DNA of 63,914 nucleotides, filler included, from Perkinsus olseni (Eukaryota): NCBI GenBank assembly GCA_013115125.1. It is 4 parts of 4 records of this genome, joined end to end, with 100 filler letters (N's around TTAATTAATTAA, not from the genome) between each part and the next. Parts side by side here need not be neighbours in the genome. Positions count along the whole stretch, not along the records: positions 34,565 to 51,723 come from JABANN010000655.1; 3 more parts are not named here. One strand, 5' to 3'. Shown piece by piece: positions 34,465 to 47,813 of this stretch (position 1 is its first letter; each line of letters starts with the position of its first letter). The notes under the pieces were generated by a model. It saw only the letters and a program-made list of their open reading frames with translations, ran no database searches and was not told where the DNA came from. The position numbers and the translations under genes were made by a program.

Positions 34465-34564
34465 NNNNNNNNNNNNNNNNNNNNNNNNNNNNNNNNNNNN
34501 NNNNNNNNTTAATTAATTAANNNNNNNNNNNNNNNNNNNNNNNNNNNNNNNNNNNNNNNNNNNN
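34465..34564. other. artificial contig linker
   Basis: Ns with a central TTAATTAATTAA. Confidence 0.97.
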
Positions 34565-34800
34565 ATCATCGGCAGGGCGGGACGAGTCGAGTTCGACGAG
34601 TTTAGGGTGGGTCGTGTGCATCGGAGCAGGATTTGCACGTGCTGGCTCGTCGTTTAGATTGTGCATGGGCCACCCACAGAATGTACGTTAGCTAACTTAG
34701 GTAACTGTATGTCCCTCGCTCGTGATCGAGATCGTTCCACTGGACTGCAAGTTGGCTATGGTAAATTAACTATACAAAATGATATTTCGCGAACCGTCCT

Positions 34801-36784
34801 ATGGGTGACATTGCAGTACCGATAGTTAATAGTCCTTCCCTCATGAAGGAGTTCATCCTGAAGGGTCTGCGACTGCTGGCCAGCCGCAAGGCAGCGGTTG
34901 TGATATCGGGCGTAGTGCTCGCCGTAACACTGACTTACCGGGCTACTCGACGACGCAATAGGCTTCGAGAACGGTTCGGCGGACCCTCCAGGCTGAGCTC
35001 GCCCCAAGTACTGGCCACATCCGTTCTGCTGCTCGGGCGGGACCCGGTTTTGTCCTTCAGTTCCTTCCGCTGCTTGGCTACGTGCCACGATCGCTCGATC
35101 AGTTCTTCACCGCACTCGAGATGTACGCCGAGACCTACGGGGACATCTACTGTATCAAGTAACGTCCACATCGCTGTCGACCGTCCGCGAGTTGGCTCCA
35201 TCTTGTCAGGTTCATGGGCATGCAAGTGCTGGTGGTATCAAGCCCTGAGCTCGTAAGGCAAGTTCTAAAGGAGCGCCCCAACGCGTACGTGAGGGCCTTC
35301 AATAAGCACAACGTCATTCCCATACCCGGCCTGCTGACCATGGAAGGGGAGGTCTGGAAGCGGAATAGACGGCTGTGCTCTCCGGCCTTCAACGAGAAGA
35401 ACTCCATAGGGATGGTGCCACGCATATCACAAGTGACAGCAAAGCTGGTAAGCCCCAGCAGCCGTACAATAGCGAAGTCTTCATCGTTGTTTCAGATACG
35501 CCTGTTGGGGTCCCTCGCTCGTCCCGAGGATGGCGCCATCGTTTGGGATCCCGCCAAGTTACTTTCCCTCTACCTTCTAGATCTCATCTGCTCAACAACC
35601 CTCGGGAAGGATTACAACTTTTTGAATCCTGATGGTGGTGTTCGCCCTCCCCTTTTTTCGATCAATCCAGATTCACCTTTTGGTGCTCTCAGGAGTTCCT
35701 CGCGGTCAGTCGAACGAAATTCAGAAGGCCTTCTTGGACGTCTTCGACGGCTCTGGTTACGTTGCGCAGCTCAGCGCCTTCCCGCCCTTGACTCGGAACA
35801 AATTCCCGTGGAATCTAAATCCCAGAATTAAGAATGTGAATCCGCCGTTTGCTGGGCGTGCTTCAACTTATTCAGGGTTTGTTGTCAGTTCTACAGCAGC
35901 TTGGAAAAGCTGAATAAGATGTGGGATGAGGTCACTCGAGAGAGAAGAGCCGAGCGGGAAGCAGGCGGGGAAGAGAGGTTCGACTTGCTCGACAAACTCC
36001 TGCATTTAACCGACGAAGAACTGAAAGGCAATCTGACTATGTGAGCGTCGAAAGGTCTGTTGGGCCTCCTGATATCGCTGCGGACCACTCAGATTCTTGG
36101 CGGCGGGTTTCGAGACCACAGCTATGACCATCGCCTGGTGTTTCTACTATCTCTCTCTTTACCCTGATGTTCAAGCGAAGGCACGAGCTGAAGTGGACAA
36201 GCTCGGACACGACCCTGAAGACGGGGAGGACCTCAACAAGTTGCCTTTTGTGGAGGCCTGCGTCATCGAGACGCTAAGGGTGGGGCTCCCTCTTTTACCG
36301 GTAGAAATTGAGTACGTGCGCGCAGGTCCAACCGCCAGGGTTCTTCCTCCTCCATGAGTGCATCAGCAAGACTACCCTTGCTGGAGAGGAGATACCGCCC
36401 GGCACAATGGTAGCCACCCTCCTGCACAAGGCGATGATATGCAAGGAAGAGGGAGGGACAGAGTTCAAGTGAGCACACTGTCTCGCTACGGTTGGGCCAT
36501 TGTCGATTCGGCCGTCCGCTGCGCTTTCAGGCCCGATCGATGGATTCTTCCCAACGGTGAAGGAATAGACACGGTTCGCCTACGATCACATTTTGCGTTC
36601 GGCGGCGGACCTCGAGAGTGCCCCGGCAAACACCTAGCCATCAGGGAAGGCATGATGGTCGTGGCGACTACCCTGAGACACTTCGATGACATCAAGGCCA
36701 ATTCTGATATTAGTAAGGTTCACGGGCGAACACGATTTGTTCAAGCAGTGGAGGGTCTCGTGCTAAAGATGAACCCGAGAAGCG

Positions 36785-36789
<5 letters not shown>
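34801..36789 (+). CDS. cytochrome P450, multi-exon
   Basis: N-terminal TM anchor, WKRNRR C-helix, AGFETTA I-helix, ETLR (ExxR), PDRW and the heme motif FGGGPRECPG. Confidence 0.93.

Positions 36790-36838
<49 letters not shown>
36787..36838. repeat. (TGA)n microsatellite starting at the P450 stop codon
   Basis: About 17 perfect TGA units. Confidence 0.95.
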
Positions 36839-36898
36839 AAGATTTGATAGTTTCTCTCACTAATTACTCCGCTGCTGTGATAAAACGATTTCTTTTGT

Positions 36899-37097
36899 GT
36901 GTGTGTGAGTTTATAGTCCAACGCCGGTTCCGGCTTAGTTAGACTCTTGCCGATGTGCACAGTTGGAGACACTCTGTAGCGTTGATATGCAGTGCAAACA
37001 GACAGATTATCAATAAGCCTTCCTCAGGGGTACTTTCAACTAGAAAGGCTTCCTTTCCTCCTGGCAGGATCCGCTTACACATCCGAGGGCTGTGCCT
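36899..37097 (-). mobile_element. short retroposon, body type B, with 11-bp target-site duplication
   Basis: Flanked by ATTTCTTTTGT at 36888-36898 and 37098-37108; stem-loop and (CA)n tail at its 3' end on the minus strand. Confidence 0.85.
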
Positions 37098-38262
37098 ATT
37101 TCTTTTGTAATCATAATGCAGTTACAGTGTTTTGTTCGCCAAGTGCTGTGTACGTGAAAGTTCCATATCGGAGCAATACCAACAAAGCCGATTCAGTCTT
37201 TCTCGTTTCGTGATCTGGGCCACCAGACTAGCGCGACACTCAACACTCATAACATTTGGCTAAGTCGGTGAACAAAAGTCGGAGTTGAATTTTGGAGTCG
37301 AAAATATCAATTTCGCCGAAGGCTTAGTTAGACTCTCAACTTGAGAGTCTCAAGTCAATGTGCTACAGCAGCCAAATTAGGCTTATACGGTGTTGAGCTT
37401 CAAACTTACACACGCGGTCTCCAATGGGAGCTTTTCCTTATACATCGTGCTGTACATGGTACAATCGCCACGTCTCTCAGCACAAAGGGCGCCGGCTGTC
37501 ACGCCAATTTTACACAATAGTGGTTTTCGAAAACTCTTCCGTCGCCAGCTGCTGCGGTCTTCTCCAGCTGCTGTCTTCCTCCATCCGAGCTGCCGCCTTC
37601 ATCACAAAAGCTGTAACGTCTTCTTCTTGATTACAAACTGCCACCACACCTGTATTGTGGCTGGCTCCGTCGCTAATAAGGTGGGATGTCCTGCTGCGCA
37701 TCAGCGGTGACACTCGGTCTCCAGGGAGGTGAAGCCCTCCGCCCTGGAACGCAGGGCCTTGCGAGAACGCAAGTCAATCGTCTCCACCACGAAAACGGAG
37801 AAATGGTGTAACCTCGAATGACGATGATCATTGGAGAGTGAGTGATCAGTGAGTTGCATCTTCGGCAAGGCCAACACGTATAAGCTTGTTTCAAAATGAA
37901 CAACTTTTCTGCTCTCCGTCGATGGTGTGAACCCCATGGCATGGAGTGACTCTTCTTAAAACTGTGACGACTTTCAAATCAACACTCCATAGACTAGGTA
38001 TGATAATGGTATCGTGGACATGGTTCGATACAGCGCGGGGAATGTAAAGTGAACGAAAGTAAACAGCAAATCCTAGAAACTGCAAATTCCTCAATATGTT
38101 CCTTCCTTCATCAAGATGAGCGAAGCGTGTCCGAATCGGTAGATGACGGCATGGACGAAGTCCAGCCACCAGAACCACTTAGTTGTGAATTCGGCTCGTC
38201 GTGTGGCTCTGCTTCGCTTGACACCTGCAAGAGAATAGACCATATCAACAGACAGGGGACCC

Positions 38263-39122
38263 TCAACACACATCCAAGTTTGGCTTGGACTCCTCGTTCT
38301 CTCCACGATTCACGATCTTCTGCACCGTGCTCGGTCTGCAACTTAGTTTAGATTCGGAATTAGATAACCCCCAAAACTGCCTCAGAGAGAGAATGTCGTA
38401 TTGAAGTTCAATGATTATGCCCGTTATTTTACACCTTTCTTCTCCGGGCGAATACAAAATAAGTTGTCCATCATCACAGATTTCTGTCAACGCCTTAGCA
38501 GAGTTTTTCCACCGTCAGTGGTCGGCACGGCCAAGTACATCTCTTCAGTGCCATCAATAGTCAATACCTTAACTGCTGTCAAAGCCTCTCGAGGTAGCTC
38601 GCAAGCTGCAAGCTCGGGAGCCCATTCTATGCCAACCTTGATCAAAGAATCTTGCACTTTGCATGTTCTAGTTCCCACGCCCACACGAAGGATGCGATCG
38701 GCCTCATTGCGAGTGTAGTTGGTTATCATGCAGAGGGCGCAGCCCATCACGTACACCGGCGGCCAGTCACCTGGTGGTAGGCATCCATCGTGGACTGAGC
38801 TTAACAGCCCTCTGGAGTCACTGATGAGGCAAAGGGCAAAATTGTAGTCGTTGCAAAATTTCATCAGAGGCTTCAAATGGTCGAAGCGCGTGGGCAATAG
38901 AACGCCAGCAATTCTCATAATAGTATTAGATTGTATCGTCTCCACCCACGGTCCAACGGAGAGACTGAAACCCCATTCGCCTGGAATAACCACGTGGGCA
39001 CCATGAGTAAGCGTGCTTCCAAGATCAATTATTCTTTCGTCGTCTCTGGGTATTGACAAGGGCACCACTGGCAAAGGTGGACGTGGAGGGCCATAGACGA
39101 ATGATGCGATGGTACCACCCAT
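38263..39122 (-). pseudogene. unknown protein, paralog A, frameshifted near 38497
   Basis: ORFs 38487-39122 and 38263-38490 together match the paralog at 41696-42638. Confidence 0.7.
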
Positions 39123-39829
39123 GATCGCAACAAGCTGGCACCATCACAAGCTAGCCTCGCGTCAAAAGTTCGCCGCTCCTCAGTTGGAGATGGAGCCAGG
39201 CTGGCTACACAACTAAGCCAGCGCGAGTTGATTGTTGCACTTGCTTACGCGAGACCAGACTTACAGGCAGTACAACCTCCGAGACACGAGACGGGAAGTT
39301 TTCGCCCCCAAAAGAAATCTCGCTCACGCCGAAAATTCCGCAAAAGGCGAGGTCTGCTTGATGCGGTTTGTTGGGGAAGCCGCACTCTTCCTACACCACG
39401 GAGTTTGGGTTAGCGCAGCAGATGGCTAGACTGAATCACCAAATTGCAACCCGCGGCCCGTGAACCTGGCCCCGGAGACGATCTCGGCGGAGGCCGCAGA
39501 CCGACGCTGACTCGCGCATCACCTCCACCGTGGCGTGGGTGGGTGGGTTGGAAAAAAAATCACAACCACAGGCCGAGGCCCCGCTACTGAGGAGGGAAGC
39601 CGCTGGCAGCATGAGCGGAAGTCGAGGAGCGTCACGGCAGCCAGATACTGGACACAAACGCAGGCCGGTCCCCGAACGCAACGGCGTCAAACGCCGAGAA
39701 TCTTTTCGCTGCGCGCGGCAAGAAACCGTCATTGCGGCACCCGCAACTAACCTTGTCTACTGCGTAAACATCATTTAAGTTCCAGCTAGTCATCGTGCGG
39801 GCCAACACTCAGTCCGTAGAAGTTAACGA

Positions 39830-40240
39830 CGGGTTGCAATCTCCCGACCATATTCCGATAGGAATGCAGTCCTTCCAGCCGCACTTGAACAAAAAGGAAA
39901 TACTGTGACGGCGGCTGGCACTTCCAAGGATACCACAACGTCACTGCTTTCTGACACGTCGAAAGCTTCGTATAGCGCCCCATGCGAGTTGGAGGCATCG
40001 AAGGAAGTTTGTATTATAAACTTTGTAGCCCGCTGAAGAACGCTGTTCACACGACGCCAATATCTTCTCTCAACAAAGCAAGGTCAGAGCCGTGGACCGT
40101 CAGATGGTAAGTGAGGTTCTGAGGTAGAGAGGCAACGGGAGACAAGCGATGGAAAAAACGAACGAAATTAGTATCCCTCAAGACATCGCCATGCTGCACG
40201 GCCTAGGGTTCGACGGTCGAACTTCGACCAGAACATTGGA
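39830..40240 (-). pseudogene. degenerate duplicate of the 3' end of the helical-repeat gene
   Basis: Matches ~42905-43440 (HGALYEAFDVSESSDVVVSLEVPA versus HGTLYEALNMSENSDVVVSSEVPA). Confidence 0.7.
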
Positions 40241-40390
40241 GAGTGCCTCGGGACTTGCCTGCCTTCCCCCTTGTGTTCGTACACCCGATGTGGAACTGGA
40301 TTCCACATCTTCTGTGGAAATGGGTGAGAAGCTCTCACTGAGAACTACCTTTTCGGTCACCAGGGATGACAGAGGCATCACACCTGAACC

Positions 40391-40650
40391 AAGGTGGGAG
40401 GTGCTAGTGTTTCGTGGTCGTGCACAGCTCCCGCAGCTGCGGAAAGCGGATTCTGCCGAGATGAAAGAACATTCATTCCCCAGCTCGATGACGATGACCT
40501 CTCAGAGAGGTCATCGTCAGCACGTTGCTGCAACACTCTTTGGATTGATGAACAGAGCCTATTTAACAGGCTGAACTAATCCCCCTCAAAAAGGTACGTC
40601 GGTGCTAGTCTAACTAAGCCGTACTGTCGGCGTTGGACTTTAAACTCACA
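40391..40650 (+). mobile_element. short retroposon, body type A, with 12-bp target-site duplication
   Basis: Flanked by CACACCTGAACC at 40379-40390 and 40651-40662; ends in the stem-loop plus TTAAACTCACA. Confidence 0.85.
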
Positions 40651-41695
40651 CACACCTGAACCTACATATAACAATGCTCTAGGAGTGCTCTTCCGAACCC
40701 CTCAACGCCCGCCTCAGGAAGTGCAAGCCCACCAACTCGATCTCCTCCCTATTAGGGAGTCCCTAACTGCTTTGTTAGCTATGAGAGAACCCCATATCTC
40801 ATGAGCATGAAGGATGACAGGCAAAAGTACTTTGTGATACATTTCTATGAATATCCCAGCCGACAGCCCCTGCCTCTTGCCTAGATCTTGCCTCTAGCCA
40901 TATTGGTGTAATCACAACACGAGGGATGCAGTTAAATCGTTGTTCCATCCTCTGAGCCCAGATTCTGTGCTAACTGACCAACTCGACACTCAGTCAATCC
41001 TAACATATCTTCGCCCTATCCAATCCTACTGCAGTCGAAATGAGGAACACCGTCGACGGCCGAATCGTCACTTCGCTAGTTGTTCTTTAGATTCTGAGTC
41101 GATTTGCTGGGAATATTAAACCAAAATACCGAACGATCTGCAAGGATGTGAAACCCTAAGTCCTTTAACACAGAACCTTGAGGAAGAACAGAAAAATGTC
41201 GTCACTTTCTAGGGGCACACTTCACTACCTGAGCGATCAGTCACTTCCTGGAGTACAGTATCAAACCTTGAAATGCTCCTTAATAAATTAAGCAGTACGT
41301 GGTGAATTCAGCAGCGTCTTTCAGCTCAAAGGGCGCCAGTCACTCACATCTTCGACAAGCCCAAGCCATAGGGATCCGATCTGTCTCGAGATGAATGGCT
41401 TCCGCTGTCTCCGTCGTTGGTGTGGACCCTATGTTACAGAGAGGCTTGCTCTTGAAACTACGATGCTCGGAATTCAACACTCGAATAGGAGAGATATAAC
41501 GAAGAGTACTGCTTTGGAAATTCTAATCGAGGTCTGCCCTGAGGATTTAAATTCAGGTCTTAACAATATGCCGAGCAGGACGAGGAAAGAGCAAGCCTGC
41601 GAGTCCTCCGAGATGCGGCTTCATCTTGATATGTCAAGCTCATACGGATAGCCAAGCGTTGGTTCGATCGAAGCCCAGCCATCAGGATCAGTTGC

Positions 41696-42638
41696 TTAGG
41701 AACTCGCTTCGTCCTGTGCGTCAGCTTCTTTTGGAACCTGTAAGGGAGTGAATGATACAAACAGACAACGCAGTGACCCCACTATACATACATCTGAGCC
41801 TGGACCAGACTGATCTCTTCCTCCTCGAACCAGGGTATTCCGCCGAGCTTTCCTTCTGCAAGTCTGGAACGATCCATTCGGATTGGAGGTTTGATTAGGT
41901 ACCCCCCAGAACTGCCTCAAAGCCAGAATGCCGTATTGAAGTTCAACGATGATACCCGTTATTTTACACCTTTCTTCTCCGGGCGAATACAATATAAGTT
42001 GCCCATCATCAAAGAATTCCGTCAGCGCCTTCGGAGTTTTTCCACCGTCGGTGGCTGGAACGGCCAGGTACACCTCTTCAGTGCCATTAATAGTCAATAC
42101 CTTAACCGCTGTTACTGCAAGCTCGGGAGCCCATTCTATGCCAACCTTCACCAGAGCATTCCGCACGATGCATGTCCTAGCTCCCACGCCCACATGAAGG
42201 ATGCGATCGGCCTCGTTGCGAGTGTAATTGGTTATTGCGTAGAGAGCGCAGCCCATCACGTACACCGGCGGCCAATCATTTTGTGGAAGGCATCCATCGT
42301 GAGCTGAGCGTAACAGTTCTCTGGAGTCACTGATGAGGCACAGCGGAAAGTTGTAGATATTGCAGAACTCCATGAGAGGCCTCAAGTAATCGAGATACCG
42401 GAGTAATCGGAGAACGGCAGCAATCCTCATATGTATTAGTATGAGATTGTATCGTTTCAGCCCACGGCCCAACGGAGAGATTGAAGCTGAATTGGCCTGG
42501 AACAATCACGTGGGCACCATCAGTAAGCTTCCTTCCAAGAGCAACAAGTCTTTCGTCATTTCTGGATATTGACAAGGGTACCACCGGCGAGGGTGGATCC
42601 GGAGGGCCGTACAGGAATGACGAAATAGCACCACTCAT
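41696..42638 (-). pseudogene. unknown protein, paralog B, frameshifted near 42435
   Basis: MSGAISSFLYGPP... (ORF 42327-42680) continues in another frame (41696-42505); 4 extra nt relative to paralog A. Confidence 0.7.
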
Positions 42639-42899
42639 GATGAATGCAAGAATACAACAAGCTAGCCTCTCTAGCGGCACCTCACTGCCATCTAAGGTAA
42701 GAACAGCGCCAGTTCATGGCCCGTGGCCCTCTATGCGCGGTACTGTGAGTTGGATACAGTACCTCCGAGACGCGAGACGGAGACGGAAAACTTTTGCGCC
42801 GGTAGAAGGATGTCGCTCACCTCGGAGACCCCTGATTGCGAGTTGGCGAACCCTAGTGGATGCAGTTAACGTTGAGATGGGTCAGTGTTCAGCCCACTC

Positions 42900-45800
42900 A
42901 TAGGACGGGTTGCACTCTCCCAACAACATTCCGATAGGCACGCGATCCTCCCAACTTGACTTGAACAAAGAGAAGATGCTTCAGAAACACTCGATAGGAA
43001 CACGTCATGATTAAGTAACGAAGGAGACTACCGAATCAATTTGGTACGGCCCCGCTGGCACTTCCGATGATACCACAACGTCGCTATTTTCTGACATATT
43101 CAGAGCTTCGTACAGCGTCCCATGCAATTCACTCGAGCTCGAGTTTGAGGCATCGAGGGAAGTTTGTAGCCCGCTGAAGAGGCGTAGGGTAGTTCGCAAG
43201 AGGCCCATGTCGTCTTTCAAGGGGCCAAGATCAGAGCCGTAAGCCGCGAGATGGTAAGTGAGGATCTGAGGGTTGAAATGGCACCGGAGACAAGGAGTAG
43301 AGGATACGAATGAAATTCCTCGAGACAAGACATCGTCGAACAGACCTGCAGTAGCACAGAGCCCGACCAGCAGAGTGTGGAATACCGCTAGACCTACCTG
43401 CCGAGCTTGAGCTCTGGTCGAACTAGGGTTGCGATTTTCCGACACTTTCCGGATAGCCTCAAGGTAAAGCGTGTGATTCCTGATCCAGAGGGAAGAGAAG
43501 CTGCAGTGGTGTACGAACACCTTACTCGAGATTCAGTAGAGCTAGAGCATGCAAAGCAGTTGTCAGCTCCCAGGCTGTTCCAAATCGCCAGTGGTGAAGG
43601 CGGTGGGCCAAGGGTGATGGTATACCGAGTCGACCGAGCGCATAGAGCACTCTGGCAACGTCGCCTGAGGCGGGTCCGTGGCGTTTCGCCTGAAGTACGG
43701 TCGCTGCCACCACAGACCCTGCCGAAGGTAGGCGTACTTGCGCATGATGGTCGTAACTGCTGAGGAGAACGTTGAGGGAGGGAGTGGGGATCTCGTTGAA
43801 GCGCATGCTGGCCAGACTGTGAAGCGCCAAGGCCGCATCTTGAGGGGCACGGAGTCAACAACAGTAGCTCGGGATTTCGTGTCCAACTTACATCGCGAGG
43901 AGGGGATGGTCTTAGAACCCTCGCCCACCCGAAGAAGAAGAGCTTTCACATGTTCCGAGATTCCACAGGACTCCAGGTGCTAATCGAAGAGGACGGGAAC
44001 TATCCACTGAGGCGTCAGAATCAGAAATGACCACCTACCATAGATCGATCGATCGAGCTATCCAGAGCCGAAACAGCCTGCAGGATTGGCCACATCGAGT
44101 ATCTGAGCAACGGCAGAAGCTGTCGTGTGGTAATGAACTCCGAGTGAGCGCACCAGAGGACCACAGCAGCGCGCCTTTAGAGCAAACTGACGTGGCTAAA
44201 TACGTGCACCCATCGTCGTGAAAGAGAACAGTTCAAGCGACCTCCGAACGAGTGATGAGGGCTTACATCGCCTTTGCTGGATTAGCTTCGAGCTGAGCCG
44301 CACTACTGGCCAGTACGAGGAGAAGCCCTTTGAAAGCAAGCTTGACCTCAGGCGACATCCGGAGTATCCCTCGGCCCCTCGCGACCGCATCACCGTCGCC
44401 ACTGTGGTCGAGGATGAGAGTACAGCAGCTATTGACGAGTGAGGACCACGGCGGCAGTGCTCTGCCGGCGGGACGGGAAGAAGCATGACCTGCCACCGAA
44501 GCGGCCTTGACCACACTAGCAATGGCGGAGACGATTTTTTTCTGGATGTCGCTCGACAGTGACTGAGCACCGAAGGACCCGAGGGAGACCAAGCAACGCA
44601 GAATAGAGGCGGACTCCTCGAGCGACCAGGTAGGGACCGTTGGCGCCGCGAGGCTCAACTCTAGAAGCTCACCGAGGCGAGGGACGAGTGCCTGAGAAGG
44701 AAAGAACTGACCACAGGTTAATAGACCCAGGAACCCACTCCAGACTGTATGGATGCTTCGCATAGGGCACAAATCTCATCTCCCGCCGCTGCGGGTGAAG
44801 GATTGCTCCTTTCCACCGCCGTGAGCCTGTCGACAACCCTCGGTTCCACCGAGGATAGAGTGTCGGCCAGTGACGCTAGAGCTGCCGGGGTGAAACCGCT
44901 GCGGTTGGTAGGCGACAGCAGGCCGTCCTCAGCCATCACATACGCAACGACAGAATCCACCAAGTCAGTCGACCCTGTCAGTTGGCTATGCTTCACCGCC
45001 GCCGAAGCGAGTAGGCCCAGGTCCCCACTCGAGAAGTACGCGAAGGGACTGCGACCTTTGAAGGGCTGCCGTAGACTGGCAGGTAAGAGCTCGTCCATGA
45101 ATCGACTACCCCCAACTCCGCCAAAGGCGGATGCTGCTAGGGCTACACTGTGAGGTGCTGATGCGACCAAATCTTTGGTCATGCCTTCCCGGATAGCCGT
45201 CTCCAGAAGAGCCATGACCTCGCCCTCGCTCCCCGAGCCAGCGTCTAGGCGAGAGAACTCATATGCGAAGTTGACAAGAACTCTAAGATGCTCCTTGCCG
45301 TGATCAGCAGCTGCTAGGCTCGAGGCCTTAGATCGAAGCCCAGCGAGGAGCTCCTCAGTACGCTTGCGAGGGTTCGAAGCAACTTGTAAACCTTGGAGCT
45401 CAAATTGGCGTCGCCTCTGACACTCCACACTAGCGTAGGCGCTGATGACGTAACCGGCCGAGCGACCGTCCAGAGTCGAGAGCTGCGGAAGCACCTTCTC
45501 ATAGAAGAGGGTATCGAACAGACCGTCATCCTCAACACCGGCCCGGGAGAGCGACACCAAAAAGGCTATGGCGTCCTTTAACGAGCATGCAGATGCGCTG
45601 GCGGGACGTTCGAGCTCTCGACGCAGGATTTGTACCAAGGCAGCGAAGAATGGCCGGGTGTCAGGTACGGGTAGGTCTTTGATGCTGCGACTGTAGGCGG
45701 AGGCGATAATACTGAGGTCACGCGGTGGCGCTCCGCCTGCGGCGTCCGGAGTGCTAGGATTGGAATTTATGAATTCTGCGAGAAGCTGTGTAGCGTGGGG

Positions 45801-46915
45801 AAGAGTATTAGACAGAAGGGGAATGGAGATGAGATCAGCCTCGCCAAATGCTTGCAGCAGATCCGCTAGGTCACGACCTAACAAAGACAGTGCCGAGAGT
45901 ACTAGGTAGCTGCCGAGATGCGCTCACATGAGAGAGTACACAGATCGAGCTTCTCCACAACACTGCCGAACATAGTAGCAGGTGTATGCTCCAGCCTGCT
46001 GAGGTAAAGCAGGAGGCTGCAGATGTCCTTAGTAGAGAGGAGGCTGTTGGTAAGAGCATCCTCTATAAGCGCTGCGACCCTGTCCAGGAGGCTCTCAGGG
46101 ACCCGGGTAATTCTCGGGTGTTGTTGTTTGATTCGGGACAACGCGGAGAGCACTATGCAGAGCGAGCTGCCGAGATCCTTGGAGGATTGACGCTGTTGGA
46201 GTAGGGCTGGTAGCCAATGATGGGTGAGTATCTGAAGCAAGATGGTGAGATCCTTGCACGAACGTGAGGTGAAAGCCGATGGTGTCGCACTGTGCTTCAC
46301 CTCATTCAACAGCTTAGGGGGCAGGACAACCTTCAAGGTAGCGGCCCCCGCTAGAAGCTTCCCGATTTCACGATGGCCCAGCATGTCTAACCCACGTTGT
46401 GGAGCAGGGTCTCCAAGAAGCAGTTCCTGATTTAATAAAGCAGGTGAAATCCATTCGCAGTGTCCGAAAGCATCCCTCACTGCTGATGAACTTTCGAGAC
46501 TGGCACTCGTAGTGACGCCCCCCCCCAAGGAAGGCCAACGCTCACCTCTAGTTGCTTTATGATCCCCGCAGCCGCCTGCTTCCTCGAACTACCACCAGTT
46601 AGAGCCTTAGTGCTGTCCATGTCGCTGCGGGAGCCACTGGTGGCGAGGTGATGAACACGATTGCAGAGCTGCAAGAAGTTGATAGAGCGTGCAGCAGCCG
46701 AAGAGTGAGCAGGCCTCTCCCCTTGTCATGGCGAGAGAGCTGCCCATGATGATTCTCACATAAGTAGCATGGCCAATCTTGTCCCTTGCTGCACCAACAG
46801 CTCGCTTGCTTCCGCTGGTGGTGAAGGCTCGTAGGGACCATCTTCGCACAATCATAACAAACTGAACGACCTTCACACGGGGCATGACAGGCCGACGAAG
46901 AATAGCAACATACAA
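42900..46915 (-). CDS. large alpha-helical repeat protein (OPR/HPR-like, possible degenerate RAP-like C-terminus), multi-exon
   Basis: Repeated units such as DLADLLQAFG, DLSIIASAYS, DAIAFLVSLSRAG and DVARVLYALGRLG; C-terminal EVPAGPYQID. The family assignment is by motif resemblance only. Confidence 0.6.
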
Positions 46916-47813
46916 GCAATTTATATCATCATTAGAGTTTCCAATCCATCACGCGGGCTGAGTACGTCGAACTTTAGTCGATCCGGCTCAGGATCAAGCG
47001 CCCCCAAGACCTTCAATGGAGTTGCTAGGTACTCATCAATTGAGAGAGGGAGCCGCCGGCAACCCAAATTATACTGCGATCATGGCCCATGCGAGCTATA
47101 TAGGAAGATTGGTCGACCAGTACTTGTGATTCTGGCTGTATTATCAAGCAGGATCACTCGAGCTCCCAGGAGGGTTTCGAAGGCAAGGACAATACACATG
47201 GTCTACTCACCAGAACACGGGCAACATACACCCCTCCACAAATTCTTAGCATATCCGGTTTTTCGCTTCGTGCACTGTCACCTGAATGAGTACGGAACTG
47301 CAACTCAAGGAGGTTCAATATCATGCTTCGCCGGATATAACCTCCACGTTTCAGGGCCTAACTCTCCGTAGGTAGTGAGTACTCGAAAAGTCGTTAAAAA
47401 ATTTCTCCACAAATTCTTACTATATCTACAACTTTGCGTCCGATCTAATGCGGTACATCAATGGAGAGAGCGTCTTTCAAAAAGCTATCCCCCCATGTTT
47501 CATCATAACAGCTCCCCAACAGCTTCAGTCTTTTCGGCGGCCACCGGGAAGACTACTGGCCGTGGTCCAGCCGTCGAGCAAGAAGCGAGTTCATCAGCAT
47601 GCCTGAGATCCCCATCAACACAACAGAATCCTCGTCTGAAACAGTCCCTCTCAACCGCCACAGCACAACGGGAGAGTCAAATATCCTCTCCTGCCTTCGA
47701 ATTTGCAGACTGGCTCAGTAACGGAAAATAGAGCCCGCTGAAGTTGATTATTATTGCGTCAAGGAGTATAGGAAAGGCACGAGATATCGAAATTATCACT
47801 CGAGTTGAGAAGT

